A stretch of 64,000 nucleotides of DNA from the human T2T-CHM13v2.0 reference genome, Homo sapiens. Positions 23,866-38,089 of this stretch are shown here, in pieces. Each line of letters starts with the position of its first letter. Position 1 is the first letter of the stretch. The translations under genes were made by a program, and so were the position numbers. A model generated the notes under the pieces. It was given only the letters and a program-made list of their open reading frames with translations, searched no databases and was not told the origin of the DNA. The stretch is from NCBI RefSeq assembly GCF_009914755.1, contig NC_060934.1; one strand, written 5' to 3'.

Positions 23866-25750
23866 AGATAAGAGGTCCTGGAGATTAGCTTGATCTCCCT
23901 CACAGTTGGTCTGCCTTTTGCCAGCCATTCTTTCACTCTCCTGTGAGGGTGTGTATTTTTTAAGAGGAGAGGAAACTGCACCCTCCAACATTGCTGGTTC
24001 CCTTCCCCAGGATCGGGGAGGGAGGACTATGTGAAAGGCCCCTGCAGAGATGCCTGCACAGTGGGGGACACTCCTGCACTGGCCAGAGGATGAGCTGGGA
24101 CTTAGCAATAGCCCTTCCTTTCTCTTTTTTCTCACACAGCAGCAGCTCCAGCCCGATTTAAATTTCCTTTAAAGGAGCTGAGGATGATAGGAGGGTGGAG
24201 ATGTGCATCTTGAAAGAACGGCAGGTGACTCTAAAAATGAGACAAATCAAAGCTCCTGCATCTATAGCTGCACATCGCTGTGTCTTAGGTGGCTCTGCTT
24301 CTTATTTTAAGTTACCAAGGTGGCTTCCTGAAAAGTGGGTTTCAGTTTTTTAACTGAGAGTTTATTATCCTGCATCTAACTGTGCATCCTGCCGATCTGT
24401 GAGCTGGGTAGGACCTATTGTTTCTAGTGAACTTACAGCATGTAAAGCATGACCACCTATGGGTTAACATTTAGGTAGTGGAGGAACTTCTAGGGACAGA
24501 AGAAAACAGGAAACACCCCAGAGTCTGAGTCCCTTCTCAGGTATGGGGGCTGGGTCAGCCTTTACCTGAAATAAAATAAGAGCAAGGGATGCAGGGAAGT
24601 GAGCTCCTGTGGCCCTCACCCTCCCCTCTACCCAGCACCCTCCACTTTCCTTCTGACCTAGGGAAAATGGTCTAATACTGGTCCTTTGTGTCTTCACTTT
24701 TTTTTTCTGAGCCCTTCACATTTCAAATCTGATATCCTAATGGTGAATGAGTTGGGGATGGTTTGGGAAGGCGTTTTAGGGATGGTGACTCTTGAAATCA
24801 GAGCCTGTGCTATTTGCCTAATTTTTCCAATTTTTAGGGCTGGCATCAGGGAGAGGTAGGACAGTCCAGACATCTTTCTGGTCCAGAGATGCCTATTTCC
24901 TGTCTGACTCATGCCTGAGCCTCAAAAAGCTCCCATGAGAGGAGAGACATGGGCTCTGGCCAAAGACTGGCTCTTCTCTCTGTGTTGGTCAAGTACTTAC
25001 AATGATGGATTTTTCTTGGTTTAAGCGGAGGGGCAATTGGGGAGAGCTTTGCTCTGTACCTTTTTTCCTTTTTAAATTTTATTTATTTATTTAAAATACA
25101 TATGACATAAAATTTGCCATTAGAATCATTTTTACTGCTACAACTCAGTGCCTATTAATGAAGAACCACTTAAACAGTGACTTCCTCTTGCTCTGTTCTT
25201 TACACAATTAAATTATCTTCTTCAGCATCTGAGCAAATATGGGGATTTCTAGTTTATTCCCCTCTTCTGCCTTCTCCTGTTCCGTCTCTAACCATTTTCT
25301 CTTCTTTCTTCCCAGAACAGGGGCCCATGGAGTTGGGAATGAGGACGAGTCTTGTAATATTCAGGGATAAGAAATAGGGGAGTATTTTTCATCTCCCCCT
25401 TGACAGCTATGTTATTTATTTATTTATAAAGATAATCATACCTGCTATCACCCAGAGAAAGATATGTATCTTGCTCCACCACCCTAACTTGTTCTCCTGA
25501 AGCAGGGATGGTAATGCCAAATTATCTGCTCCTTGACCATCATGGGCATCCTAGCAATCAGTGACATACCTCAACAGGCAAGCTGCCCTTGTCCAGTGCA
25601 GTCTTGACATTGTGACTTAGTCTTGGCTAAGCCTTTTTAAGAGGAGACTTGCTTGTACATAGCTGAGATCAAACACACTTCATAGTTGAGTTGTTATTAC
25701 CTATATATTTATTAATATCATTGTTATTTAAGGTAGTATGATTTGGGAAT

Positions 25751-25797
25751 ATAGATAGATAGATAGATAGATAGATAGACAGATAGATAGATAGATA
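25751..25797. repeat. (AGAT)n tetranucleotide STR
   Basis: ~11 AGAT units with one AGAC interruption. Confidence 0.97.
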
Positions 25798-26004
25798 CAT
25801 ATCATCCTGCAATAAATAGTTTTTAAAATATCTTGAACAAATTCCTAATTGCACTTCAGTACTGTGATCGATGATGAACAAGAAACAGTTCAGACTTGAT
25901 CTCGGCCTTCTGGGAACTTAAAATCTAAGAGAAGTATGTGTAGGTGGAAGGATGGAAATCCAAATCAATATTGGAATCAAAAGTGAAGCATCTGGGGATG
26001 GGAT

Positions 26005-26600
26005 CCAGCATTTACTGAAGGTTTGCTGTGTGCCGGGTGCCAGTTTTGGGTGCTTTATTTGTGTCAGTTCATTTTTCCCTCATAACTTTATGAGTTGGAG
26101 GTTATTACTATCTCTCTTTAACAGAAAACTGTGATGAAGAGAAGTTAGATTATCAAGCTCACATGGCTAATAAGCTTCAGAGTGGGTAATGAAATAGAGG
26201 AAAATACAGATGTAAGGTAGTTGAGTCTACTGTATTATTGATGTTGAAATCAGGATATTACAGAGTTTGTGAGTGCGGATAGGCTGAGAGTATCAGAGCA
26301 AAAGGGTGGGAGAAGGTAAAGACATCAGCTTTTATTTCATTTTAAAATGACATAATTTTGCAAAAATAATAGACCACAATTAGGATACTCTTACTGTGTG
26401 CCAAACATTGAGCTGTAACTTTTGCATTCAGCATCTTGTTTAATCTTCATGGTGACTCGATGAAGTTTCTACTATTATGAGCCACATTGTAAAGATGAGT
26501 AAATAAAAGCATGGTGGGGCTCAATACCTGACCCATGTCACAAAGCTGGTGAGTGACAGAGCTGCAAGTCCCACGTGGACCATCTGACTTGAGAGCTCCT
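26005..26600 (-). mobile_element. Two antisense MIR fragments (26005-26200, 26380-26600)
   Basis: TGTGTGCCGGGTGC...AACAGAAAACTG; TACTGTGTGCCAAACATTG...TAAAGATGAGTAAA...GTCACAAAGCTGGT. Confidence 0.7.
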
Positions 26601-28682
26601 TACTTGATGAGTTACAGAGCCCACTTCTCCAATTCATACCAGCCAGGGAAGCAAGGCCTCAGCAATGCAAGGTTGAACTGCTGACCCCATGAGGGCTAAG
26701 ATGGGTTTTCAGCTCCTGGGCCTTTTTGCAATTAGACTGGCATGTTCTTTTCTAGAAGCCTTCATTGAATATTTGTACTTAAGCTCTGGTGTTTCCAGGC
26801 AAAGAGCAAGATGAGTAAAGGCTTGGAGGTGAGAAGTAATAGGGTGTTTTTCGGAACTAGGAGAGTCAGGAAGAGATGGGTCCAGATCACACAGGCATTG
26901 CATAGCCCACTGGCAAACTTGCATGTTATTTTTATAGGCACTGGGAACTCTTAGTAATTTTAAACAAGGGAAACATGTAATTAGCAGTGGCATCAATTGT
27001 CCTCAAAACACCACAAAATCCATTCTCCCTACTTCATGGGAGGAAAAAGAAAGGCTCAGAGAGGCTGAGTTTTTGCCTGGAGTCAGTCAGCAACTTGTTA
27101 GTGGAAGGAGCAGCAGAAGCCCACACTGCCGTCTCTCCTTCCAGCTCTGGGAGCTGCCGGCTGCCTTCCTTTCACTCTGCCTGTTCCCTTCCCACCTCTT
27201 GCCCGCTCCCTCCTGGCACAGTGGAGTCCTCTCCATCATTACAGCAGCCAGTGGGGTTCTGTTGTAATTAAAGGAAGCCAACAGGGAGAAGCAAGGCAGA
27301 GCAAGGGAAAAAAGCAACCACCAACACCACACAAACTCCGTAACAACTGCTGTCTATCGCCTTTCATGGGCACTTGCTTGCTTTAAGTACAGCAGAGGGA
27401 AACCCCATAGGATGGTGTGGGAAAGCAGGTTATTAAGTTGCCTTCAGGCTGGCAGAGGGGGGATTTACTCCTTTTCTTGTACTCCCTACCCTGCAGTGCA
27501 AAACTGATCAAATATTAAAAGTTGAAAGAGACTTCGAAGGCCATTTAGTTCAACTTCTCCTCCAAGGCAGGGCTTCCTCCATTGCTTTCCTCTCTCCGCA
27601 TGGCATCTCTGATATGTTGTTATGTGGTGGCTCCCTCGCTCCCCAGCTCCCCACATTTTCTGGATCAAAGCTTAGGTAGGGATGGGAGACATTTTCACTA
27701 GCAAAATACTGGCCACACAAGCCTGTTGTCATTTACGGCAATGACTTCAGAAATGTTTAATTAATTCATTTATCCAATTAGCCTCTTGCTCTCTGAAATG
27801 CTTTTTCTAGGTTGCTGAGCAACTAGGACAGACTTTGAACACATGCATGCTGCTGCTGAATGAACCAGGAGCTTTTTCCTTCACACTGGCAGCCCCCCAC
27901 TCCTCTTTCTTCTTTTATTTTTCTGGTGCACAGTAAAGAAGAAGATCTCTATCATCCCCCATCCTTCTCGCCTTCCCCACCCCGGCCTCTCTGAATGTGC
28001 ATGCTGCCTGCCTTAACACATTTCCAAAGGTAACTTTTATGCCAAGCATTTGTCATGGACAAGGAGAATGACAGGATATATGGGCACACAGAGATGCCTC
28101 TGTAAAATAATGAAATTATCTGGGCTCAGGCATGACTTGGGAAGAGCTTTGCTGGTTGCTGGGGGAGGCGAGGGTGAGGGCTGGCTAAGGGTAGGCTCAG
28201 ATGCATTGGGGAAGAAGGTGCAGGCTGTCTTGGGGTGACGTTGCATTAAGTGCAGCTTGACTAGGCAGCAGTTCCATCTGTCTTTACAGTGTGTCCTTCA
28301 TGGGGGAATTGTCAGCCATCCCCAGTCTGGAGTGCATTGTGAGCAATAAACAGGAGCGGGGCTTAAGGTGAAAATGAAAGGAAAAATATCAACCCAGGAG
28401 GGCAGCAAAATGCCTTGAGGAATCATCCTTGACGTGTAACACATTTCCGTTTAAGGATGTGAAAATGCCACAGGCTGCTTCACTGAGTTAGAATGTTAGA
28501 GATGGACTTTGAGCTCAAATTGCCACCATTCTTCGTTTTTACAGATGAGAAAATCGAAGCTCAGGGAGGATAAACTGTTTGCTCAGTGTCTCACAGCCAT
28601 GTCCTGCTTATGTCACCACATTCCTCCTCTTAGATTTCATTAAGGGGCCCTTGTCCATAAAATTAGTCACTTGAGTCATCAA

Positions 28683-30100
28683 AGCTTACTTTTAAAATTT
28701 TGACTTTATTTTGGAGTAGTTGAAGTTGGCAGTGAAGATTTGCAGCGCTCAAGGATCTTGGCATCTATCTCCCCATTCACCTTGACATGTGTGTATTGCA
28801 GATGCTAGGGGCGTGTGCTTGGGCTCAGTATTCAAATATGAATGAGGAAGGGTCCCTTGTCTTCAAAGACCTCCCCCAAACCCCTCATGTGGTGGAAGAG
28901 ATGGACAGTAAAGGAGGAAGGAACTCCTTCTCAGAGACATTAAAGAAGCATTCAGAGAAGAGGAGCTGGGCAATTTGCTGGGCCCAGATCTTACAGTGAA
29001 GGGGGCTATGGGGATGGGATCGGGGTGGAGGACATTCCTGGTCAAGGAGACAGCATGGGCCCAGTAAGGAGGCATGAGAGATGGTGACATGTTTGAGGAC
29101 TGGAGAGTGGCCTGGGAATAGAGCCTTCCAGCTGTCTGGCTTTTCTCTGATGCATGGTGGATGGTTTGGTGCTGCCCACACCGACTTCTGGAAGACACCG
29201 CCTCTTGCTCTCTGGAATAATAAGAAAGCACAGTTATCTCTATGCATGTATCAGTATGAAAAAGCATATGCCAGGATTCCCGGATGGAAATGACTTCCCT
29301 TTGAAGTTAGTTCATAAATAATGATGAAGACCATAAAAGTACACATGCACTGCACACATTTAGCTACTGCTGTGGACTGTGCTTGCTGGGAGCAGAACCT
29401 TCAGGAAAACCAGCTGCCCAGAGAAAGAATGAGGGACTATACATTCGCTAAAGCACGGGCTCCCAGAGCCTCCTGTAGGACCAAGGGAGACCTTTTATGG
29501 AACAGGGTCTATTCCACGGCACTCACAATTGTAGTAATCACTTAGTCACTCTGAAATTCCAAGAGATAGTCAGAGAAAAAACATGGCCTGTGACAATGAT
29601 TGCCCTGACCAAGCCTTTCCAAGGCAGCAGATGCTTCTTTACTTCCAAGCATTGCCCGTCATGATCAAGTTCTTCCTCCAGCAGTGCAGCCACGTTTCCC
29701 TGGTGGCAGACATTCCTTTTCCAAGGTTGGGCTTGCTTTTAGAGGGCCCAGAGATGGCAAACAGCATTGTGTAGTGCTCCTTAGTATAAACTCTCCTCTG
29801 GGATTGTTCTTAACAAGGTGGTTTGAGTTTCTCTAGGAATTAAGCTGGGGCTGGCTATTATTTTTCTGGTAAGACTTGTTACTCTAAAATGCATATGGGG
29901 CCAAAATCACAATAGTCTTGTCTTTGGAGCAATCAGACGCACATGGCAATCTAAGGCTCTGGTAAGGAAGAGTCCGTGGGTTCTTATTCAATAAATATTT
30001 AATACATTGGGCTTTGATGGATGTAGACACTGTCTGCTTGGGTTTTCCTACACCAAAAGGTGAAGTCTCTGGTGGTCACTGCCTCTTGTTTGTTCCTTTG
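28683..30100 (-). ncRNA. Candidate antisense lncRNA interval (possibly SORCS3-AS1)
   Basis: Minus-strand AATAAA at 28705-28710 and minus-strand acceptor TGCTTTCTTATTATTCCAG (AG at 29213-29212); agrees with my unverified recollection of an antisense transcript ~23-25 kb into intron 1. Confidence 0.35.
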
Positions 30101-30690
30101 ATTTCCTTTGACGAAAAACAATTCTTGTCTTGGTGAGGTCTATTAAATCTGTTCTTTTCCAAAATGGGGCTGGTAGTGCATGTTGGACAGAACTGGAACT
30201 TTCCCTCTGGTCATTCCTTGCCATCCCCTGGGTGATTCGGTTTCCCATTTTCTGGGATGTGCTGATAGGGCTTGTCTCCCGCCCCCTCTTATATAAGGAG
30301 GCAGGGTGCATCTAGTGCCAGATTTTATTCAACCCTGTAACAATCCCCCCTTTATGACATCACTGCTCATCACCATGGAAACATTTCCTCCGAGTCACAG
30401 AGACTGGATTGTGGCATCATAGCATCAGGCAGGAGGAGGAGAAGAGGAAAGGGGAGAGGATTGAAACTGCCTGGAGGGATGAAATGCCAATAAAATAGGA
30501 CGCAGTCACAGAAATAGGATTTTTCTGTCCGGATCCTTGAATGGAGAATCTAACCATGAGCCACAGGAATAAACCTTATCTAGCATAAGGAGGAAGAGCT
30601 TTTGTGGAATGTAGACCTGGGACCTTTTGTTCCTGTGCAGTATTTCTTCAGGGAAATGGAATAATTTTAATGAGAGCTATCCTGTATTTT

Positions 30691-31026
<336 letters not shown>

Positions 31027-32469
31027 TAGGGGCATAAGATGTAAACTGTGTTCTCATGCAGCTTAGTGTTGGGAGAGAGAGAGAGAGAGGAGAGAGAAGA
31101 GAGAGAATATGTTGGAGACAATTATCAAGTTAATAACATATACATAGTTAAAATTGTGGTAGGTGTCATGAAGAGAACAGACATGATGCTTTCAGTGAGG
31201 AGATACTGGAGTGTGCATAGGAACTACTTATGTTTGTATGTTATTAAATTTGGGACAAGGCTCTGAACCTAGTTGGTATGGACTTAGACGTGCAAGGCAC
31301 TGTGCTCACATATGTACTGACTTTCCCGAGCTCACGTGCTGGGCCCCACAACCAATACCCTTCTCCTCAGCTGCTTTTCTCTGCCTATGCCCCATCTTTT
31401 TGCTTCTCCATTTGTCTTCTCCCTTCTCCTGAGATCTTCCTGCCTGCCCTCCTCTCTTGATCCTGTTTCTTCCTACTGATCTCTGATCTTCTCTTTCTCT
31501 AGACTATAAACTCCTCAAGAGAGAGAAAACTGTTCCCCTGTTTTATATCTTGGTTTACCCAAGGATCAGGCTCTAGCCTGATCTAGGACTGCTTCTATGG
31601 TCTGCTACAGAAATAAATGAGCAATGTCCCTTTTTAAAGAAAAAAAATGACTACATTTTTCACAGTTAAAAAATATTGTCTAGTAGACTTTTCTTAACAA
31701 ACGCTGGCTGATAAATGAATGAACAAGTAACAAGTGAGCATTAAAAGGGAACAAAACCCCAGAGTAAATGGCCAATCCTGTGTTGTTCTACAGCTTGTTT
31801 GTCGTTGTTTGCATAGGTTCATTATGATTGTGATTTCAAGTTGTATTCATGTGATCTGGCCACCTTTTCTCTTAATACAACTGGTCCAAGTCTGTAGGAT
31901 GGTGTCAGCTTAGTGCTTCACAGGGTTCTAAGAGCTGGGGGTGCTTTGCCATGGACCTCCTCTGGGAGCTGCTGTGCTGGTGCCCCATGTGGCAATAGAT
32001 GGATGTAAGGAGGCCTCATACTTTCCATTTGTGTCACCTTGCTGAGCTTTCCTTGATTCATCTGAGTTTCAGGAGTGTTTGCCACTTGAGTTCAAGGCGC
32101 CTTCGTGGCACTCCTAGGATTTAAAGTGGGCAGGTTGGTCTCAATTTGGTCTCCAGTGTCTGGGCTGCCCAACTCAGATGAGCACCTTGCTGGTTGGAGG
32201 TCTGCAATTAGACTTTATTGCAACAGCTGTGTGTGTGTGTGTGCGCGCATGTGTGTGCACGCGCAATAGTAAACCATATTAAGTGCCTTTACTATCCAAC
32301 CTTGTTCTTTCCAGGGCCTACAGTAACTTGATCTGACTTCTAAGGGGGCCCTTCTGGACCTGCTTTATGGATTCTATCAGAACCATTTATGACGGGCACA
32401 TGTAGAACTACTAAGTGCCTTTTTTTCCTCTTTTTCTTTGTTAAGTGTTACATGGGGAGTGAATAGTGA

Positions 32470-32665
32470 ATTAATTAAGACCACAGGGTTTGGAGTGAGA
32501 GAGACAAGAGTTTGATCCTGGTTTAGCCTCTTACTAGCTATATGGTCTTGGGCAAGTTACCTGTATTCCCTACATTTAAATGTCTTCATATACAAAATAG
32601 GCATGAATATATATTTGTACCTACTTCATAATGTTGATATTCAGATTCAGTGAGATACACTTGTA
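32470..32665 (+). mobile_element. MIR SINE
   Basis: TTACTAGCTATATGGTCTTGGGCAAGTTAC core. Confidence 0.75.
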
Positions 32666-35331
32666 TTGTCTTACCATGATGTCTGTCTCATCAAAATTAA
32701 CTGTGATTAAGTGGGTCAAATGTACCATTTGCATATTTTCCCCCAAAATTATGCAAATACTTTTTGAACTCAGAATAAAACTTGAACTATAGCACAGATC
32801 ATATCTAGACTTTTTCAAGTTTGAATTAGAAGGGTCAGAATAATTGGCATTTTAATTGTTCACCATTTACAGGCACCATAGGTGAAGGGAGTCTAGGAAG
32901 AATAACTCTTAGTTGGAACTAATTCCCGAGAGCCTTATCAGATATTAGAGATATTTTCCCCAAGTGCGATTCTGACATTAGGACTGTTAAAGCAAATTAA
33001 ACAGGTGCAGTCCCCTCCCTCTGAGAGCAAAGAGTTATCTTCCAGCGGGGAAGTTAGTTCAGCTGGACATGTGTCTGTGTTGATATGCACATACACTTCA
33101 GCAGAGAGAAGTGTTAAGAACAAGCACTGCCACTCAAAAGTGGCTCTGTGACTTTAGGAAGTCAGTTCATCTTTCTGGGCCTCCAAATCTTCAGTATAGA
33201 AGGGGAAAGGGTAGTAGCTACTATATGCTTTTTCCCTTCAGCATGTTTATTGATGTATAATATACATGTACTAGAGTGCACAGATTTAAAACATTTATTA
33301 TTTTTATTGTGGCAAAATACACATAACATAAAAGTTTACCATCTTAACCATTTTAAAGTGTATAGTTCAGTAGCATTAAGTACATTCATAATGTTGTACC
33401 AGCGTCACCGCCATTCATCTCTAGAACGCTTTTCATCTTGCAAAACAAACTCCATACCCATCAAATAATTACTCCCCATTCTACCCTACTTCCAGCCCTG
33501 ACAACCATCATTCTACTTTGTGTCTCTATGATGTTGATTACTCTAGCTACCTTAATAAATGGAATCATATAGCATTTGCCTTTGGAATATTTCACTTAGC
33601 ATGATGCCCTCAAGGTTCATCCATGTTGTAATATGCGTCAGAATGTCCTCCCTTTTTAAAGCTGAATAATATTCCATTGTATGTATTTACCATGTTTTGT
33701 TTATCCATTCGTCTGTTGATGAACACTTGGGTTGCTTTCATATTTCAGCTATTGGGAATAATGTTGCTATGAACATGGGTATATGGTATACCAGTATCTC
33801 TTTGAGATCCTGCTTTCACTTCTTTTGGGGAAATGCCCATAAGTGGAATTGCTATATTATATTGTAGTTCTACGTTTAGTTTTTTGAGGAACCATCACAC
33901 TGTTTTCAATAGTAGCTGTACCAATAGAACAGAAGTCTTCCAATTTCTCCACGTCCTCACCAACACTTTCTGTTTTTTTTTTTATAGTAGTCATCTGAAT
34001 GGAAGAAGTAGTAGCTCATTGTAGTTTTTATTTTTATTTCTCTAATGATTAGTGATATTGAACATCTTTTCATGTGCTTATTAGTCATTTGTATATCTCC
34101 TTTGGAGAAATGTCTATTCAAGTCCTTTGCCCATTTTTGAAATTGAGTTGCTTGTTTTGTTGTTGAGTTTTGGGAGTTCTCTATATATTCTGCATACCAA
34201 CCCCTTATCAGATGTATGATTTGCAAATATTTTCTTCCGTTCTGCAGGTTGCCTTTTTACTCTGCTGATGGCATCTTTTGATATATAAATTTTTTTAATT
34301 TTCACAAACTCCAATTTTTCTCTTTTGTTGGCTATGCCTTTGGTGTTGTATCTAAGAAATCCAATGTAGTGAAACTTTTCCCATAAATTTTCTTCTAAGA
34401 GCATTATGGTTTTAGGTCTTACATTTAGGTCTTTTATTCATTTTGAGTTAATTTTTATATACGGTGTGAGGTATTTAATTGTTTTCTATCAAGTTTTCTC
34501 AGCACCGTTTATTGAAAAGACTGTCCTTTCCCCATTGAATTGTCTTTGCACCTTTCTCAAAAATCATTTGACCATTTATATGAAGGTTTATTTCTGGGCT
34601 CTATTCTATTGGTTTATGTATCTGTCTTTTTGCTAGTGCCACACTGTTTTGATTACTGTAGCTTTGTAGTAAGATTTTATTCAGGAAGTATAAGTCTTCT
34701 AGATTTGTTTTGCTTTTTCAGGACCGTTTTAGCTATTCAGGCTCCCTTGAGATTCCATATGAATTTTAGGATGGGCCTTTCTATTTCTGCAAAAAACATC
34801 ATTGGGATTTTGATAGAGATTGCATTGGATCTGTAGATTGCTTTGGATAGTATTGACATTTTGACAATATTAAGTCTCTCGTTCATGAACATGGGGTTTG
34901 TCCATTTATGTCTTTAATTTCTTTCAGCAGTATTTTATAATTTTCATTGACAACTCTTTTCTGTCCTTTGATAATTCCTAAGTATTTTATTATTTTTACT
35001 GCTATTATAAATGAAATTGTTTTCATAATTTTCTTTTCCAATTGTTCCTTGTTAATGTAACGATATGCAATTGATTATTGTCTGTATCCTGCTACTTTGC
35101 TGAATTTATTAGTTCCAATCTTTTTTTAAACTTTAAGTGTTCTACATACTACATCATATCGTCTGTAAACAGAGATAATTTTACTTCTTTCTTTCCAATT
35201 CGTATGCCTTTTTTTTTTCTTGCCGAATTGCTCTGGTTAGAACTTTCAGTACTGTGTTGAACAGTATTAGTAAAAGCCAGCTTCCTTGACTTGTTCCTGA
35301 TCCTAGAGGAAAAGTTTTCAGTCTTTTATGA

Positions 35332-35732
<401 letters not shown>

Positions 35733-37508
35733 GGTAGTTTCCTTCTATTCCTAGTTTGTTGAGTGTTTTTATCATGAAAGGGTTGGTGGATTTTGTCAAA
35801 TGCTTTTTCTGCATCAACTAAGGTGATCGTGTGTTTTTTTCCGTTTCATTCTGTTAATGTGGTATACTGGTCAATTTTCATAAGTTGAACCATCCTTGTT
35901 TTCCAGGAATAAATACCACTTGTCATGGCGTATAATCCTGCTAAGATGCTGCCACATTTGGTTTACTAGTATTTTGTTGAGGATTTTTCCAGCTGTGTCA
36001 ATAAGGGATACTGGTCTATACTTTTCTTTTCTTATAGTGTCTTTGACTGGCTTTGGTATCAGGGTAATTAATGCTGGCTTCATAGAATGAGTTAAAGAGC
36101 TTCCCCTCCTCTTCAGTTTTTTGGAAAAGTTTAAGAAGGATTGGTGATAGTTCTTTAAATATTTGGTAGAATTCACTGGTGAAACCATCAGGTCCAGGGT
36201 TTTTATTTTTTGGAAGATTTTCGGCTACTTAATTTCCTTACTGTTATAGGTCTATTCTGATTATCTACTTCTTCATCATTTAGTGTTGGTAGGTTTTGTG
36301 TTTCTAGGAATTTGTCCATTTTATCTAAGTTTTCCAATTTGTTGGCATACAATTGTTCATAGTACTCATTTATAGTCCTTTTTGTTTCTGTAGAATCAAT
36401 AGTAATGTTTCCAGTTTCATTTTTTATTTTAGTGATTTGAGTCTTCTCTCTTTTTTTCTTAGTCTAGTGAGGTAAATATTTGTCAATCTCATTGATCTTT
36501 TCAAATAACCAACTTTTGGTTTCGTTGATTTTCTCTAGTGTTTTTCTGTTCTCTGATCGCTGTTCTGACCTTTATTTTTCCTGTCTGCTAGCTTTGGGTT
36601 TAGTTTTCTTCTTTTTCTAGATTCTTAAGTTAGGTTATTGATTTGAGATCTTTCCTGTTTTTTAATTGTAAGTGTTTATAGCTCTAAATTTCCCCCTTAG
36701 GACTGCTTTTGCTGCATCCCATAAGATTTGATATTTTGTGTTTTTGTTTTCATTCATCTCTAAGTATTTTCTAATTTCTGTTTTGATGTTTTCTTTGCTG
36801 CATTGTTTGTTTAAGAGTGTGTTGTTTAATTTTCATTGCTGCTGAATAGAATGTTCTGTATATGTTTATATCTAAGTGGATTATTGTATTAATTCTTTCA
36901 TTTCCTTATATTTGGTCTAGTTGTTTTATCCATTTTTTGAGGGTAAGGTATTAAAATCTTCAACTGTTATTATGAAGCTATTTCTCCCTTCAATTTTGTA
37001 ATGCTTTTACTTGATATATTTTCATGGTCTGTCATTAAGTATTCATAACTGTTGCATTTTCCTGCTGTTCTGAACCTTTTATTAATGTATATTGTCCTTC
37101 TTTGTCTCTTGTTTGCAACTTTTTTTGATTTAAAGTCGATTTTGTTAGATATTAGTATAGTCACCTTTGTTCGCTTTTGGTTAATGTTTGCATGGAATTT
37201 TTTTCTCATCTTTTGACTTCCAGTGTGTTTGCATGTTTGGATCTAAACTGAGTCTCTTATAGACAGCATATAATTGGATCATGTTTTAACAATCCATTCT
37301 TCCAATCTCTGCTTTTGATTGGAGAATTTATTCCATTTACATTTATAGTTAATTACTGATAAGGAGGTACTTACTTCTGACATGTTGATATTTGTTTTCT
37401 ATATATGCCTTACAGCTTTTTTGCCCCCCATTTCCTGCATTACTATTTTCTTTTGTGTGTGTTTAGTTGATATTTTTTGTAGTAAAAAAATGTAAGTTTA
37501 TTTCTTAT

Positions 37509-37512
<4 letters not shown>

Positions 37513-37540
<28 letters not shown>
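37513..37540. repeat. (GT)n microsatellite
   Basis: 14 GT units. Confidence 0.97.
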
Positions 37541-37554
37541 ATTTTTTGATGTTG

Positions 37555-37842
37555 TTGTTTGTTCATTTGTTTTTGAGGCAGAGTCTCACTCTGTTGCCCA
37601 GGCTGGAGTGCAGTGGTGTGATCATAGCTCACTGCAGCCTTGAATTCCTGGGGACAAGTGATCCTCCTGCCTCAACCTCCTAGGTGCATGCCACCATGCC
37701 CAGCTAATTTTTAAATTTTTTTTTGGTAGAGACAGGGTCTTGCTATGTTGCCCAGGCTGATCTCAAATTCCTGGGCTCAAGCAGTCCTCCTGCCTTGGCC
37801 TCCTATAGTGTTGAGACTACAGGCATGAGCCACTGCACCCAG
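37555..37842 (-). mobile_element. AluJ within L1MB
   Basis: GATCATAGCTCACTGCAGCCTTG...TCCTGGGCTCAAGC AluJ diagnostics. Confidence 0.94.
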
Positions 37843-38089
37843 TCTCCTTTTGTATATATTCTATAGCTATTTTCTTTGTGGTTACCATAGGGATTATATT
37901 TAACATCTTAAAGTTATAACAACTAACTTAAATTTATACCAGCCTAACTTCAATAACATAAAAAACTCTCCTCCTTTAGCAGCTCTATCTTCACCCCTTT
38001 TGGTTGGTGATGCCATAATTACATCTTTATACATCATGTGCCCAAAAATGTAAATTAATAATTCTTTGAAATACATTAGCTAGCTAGCA

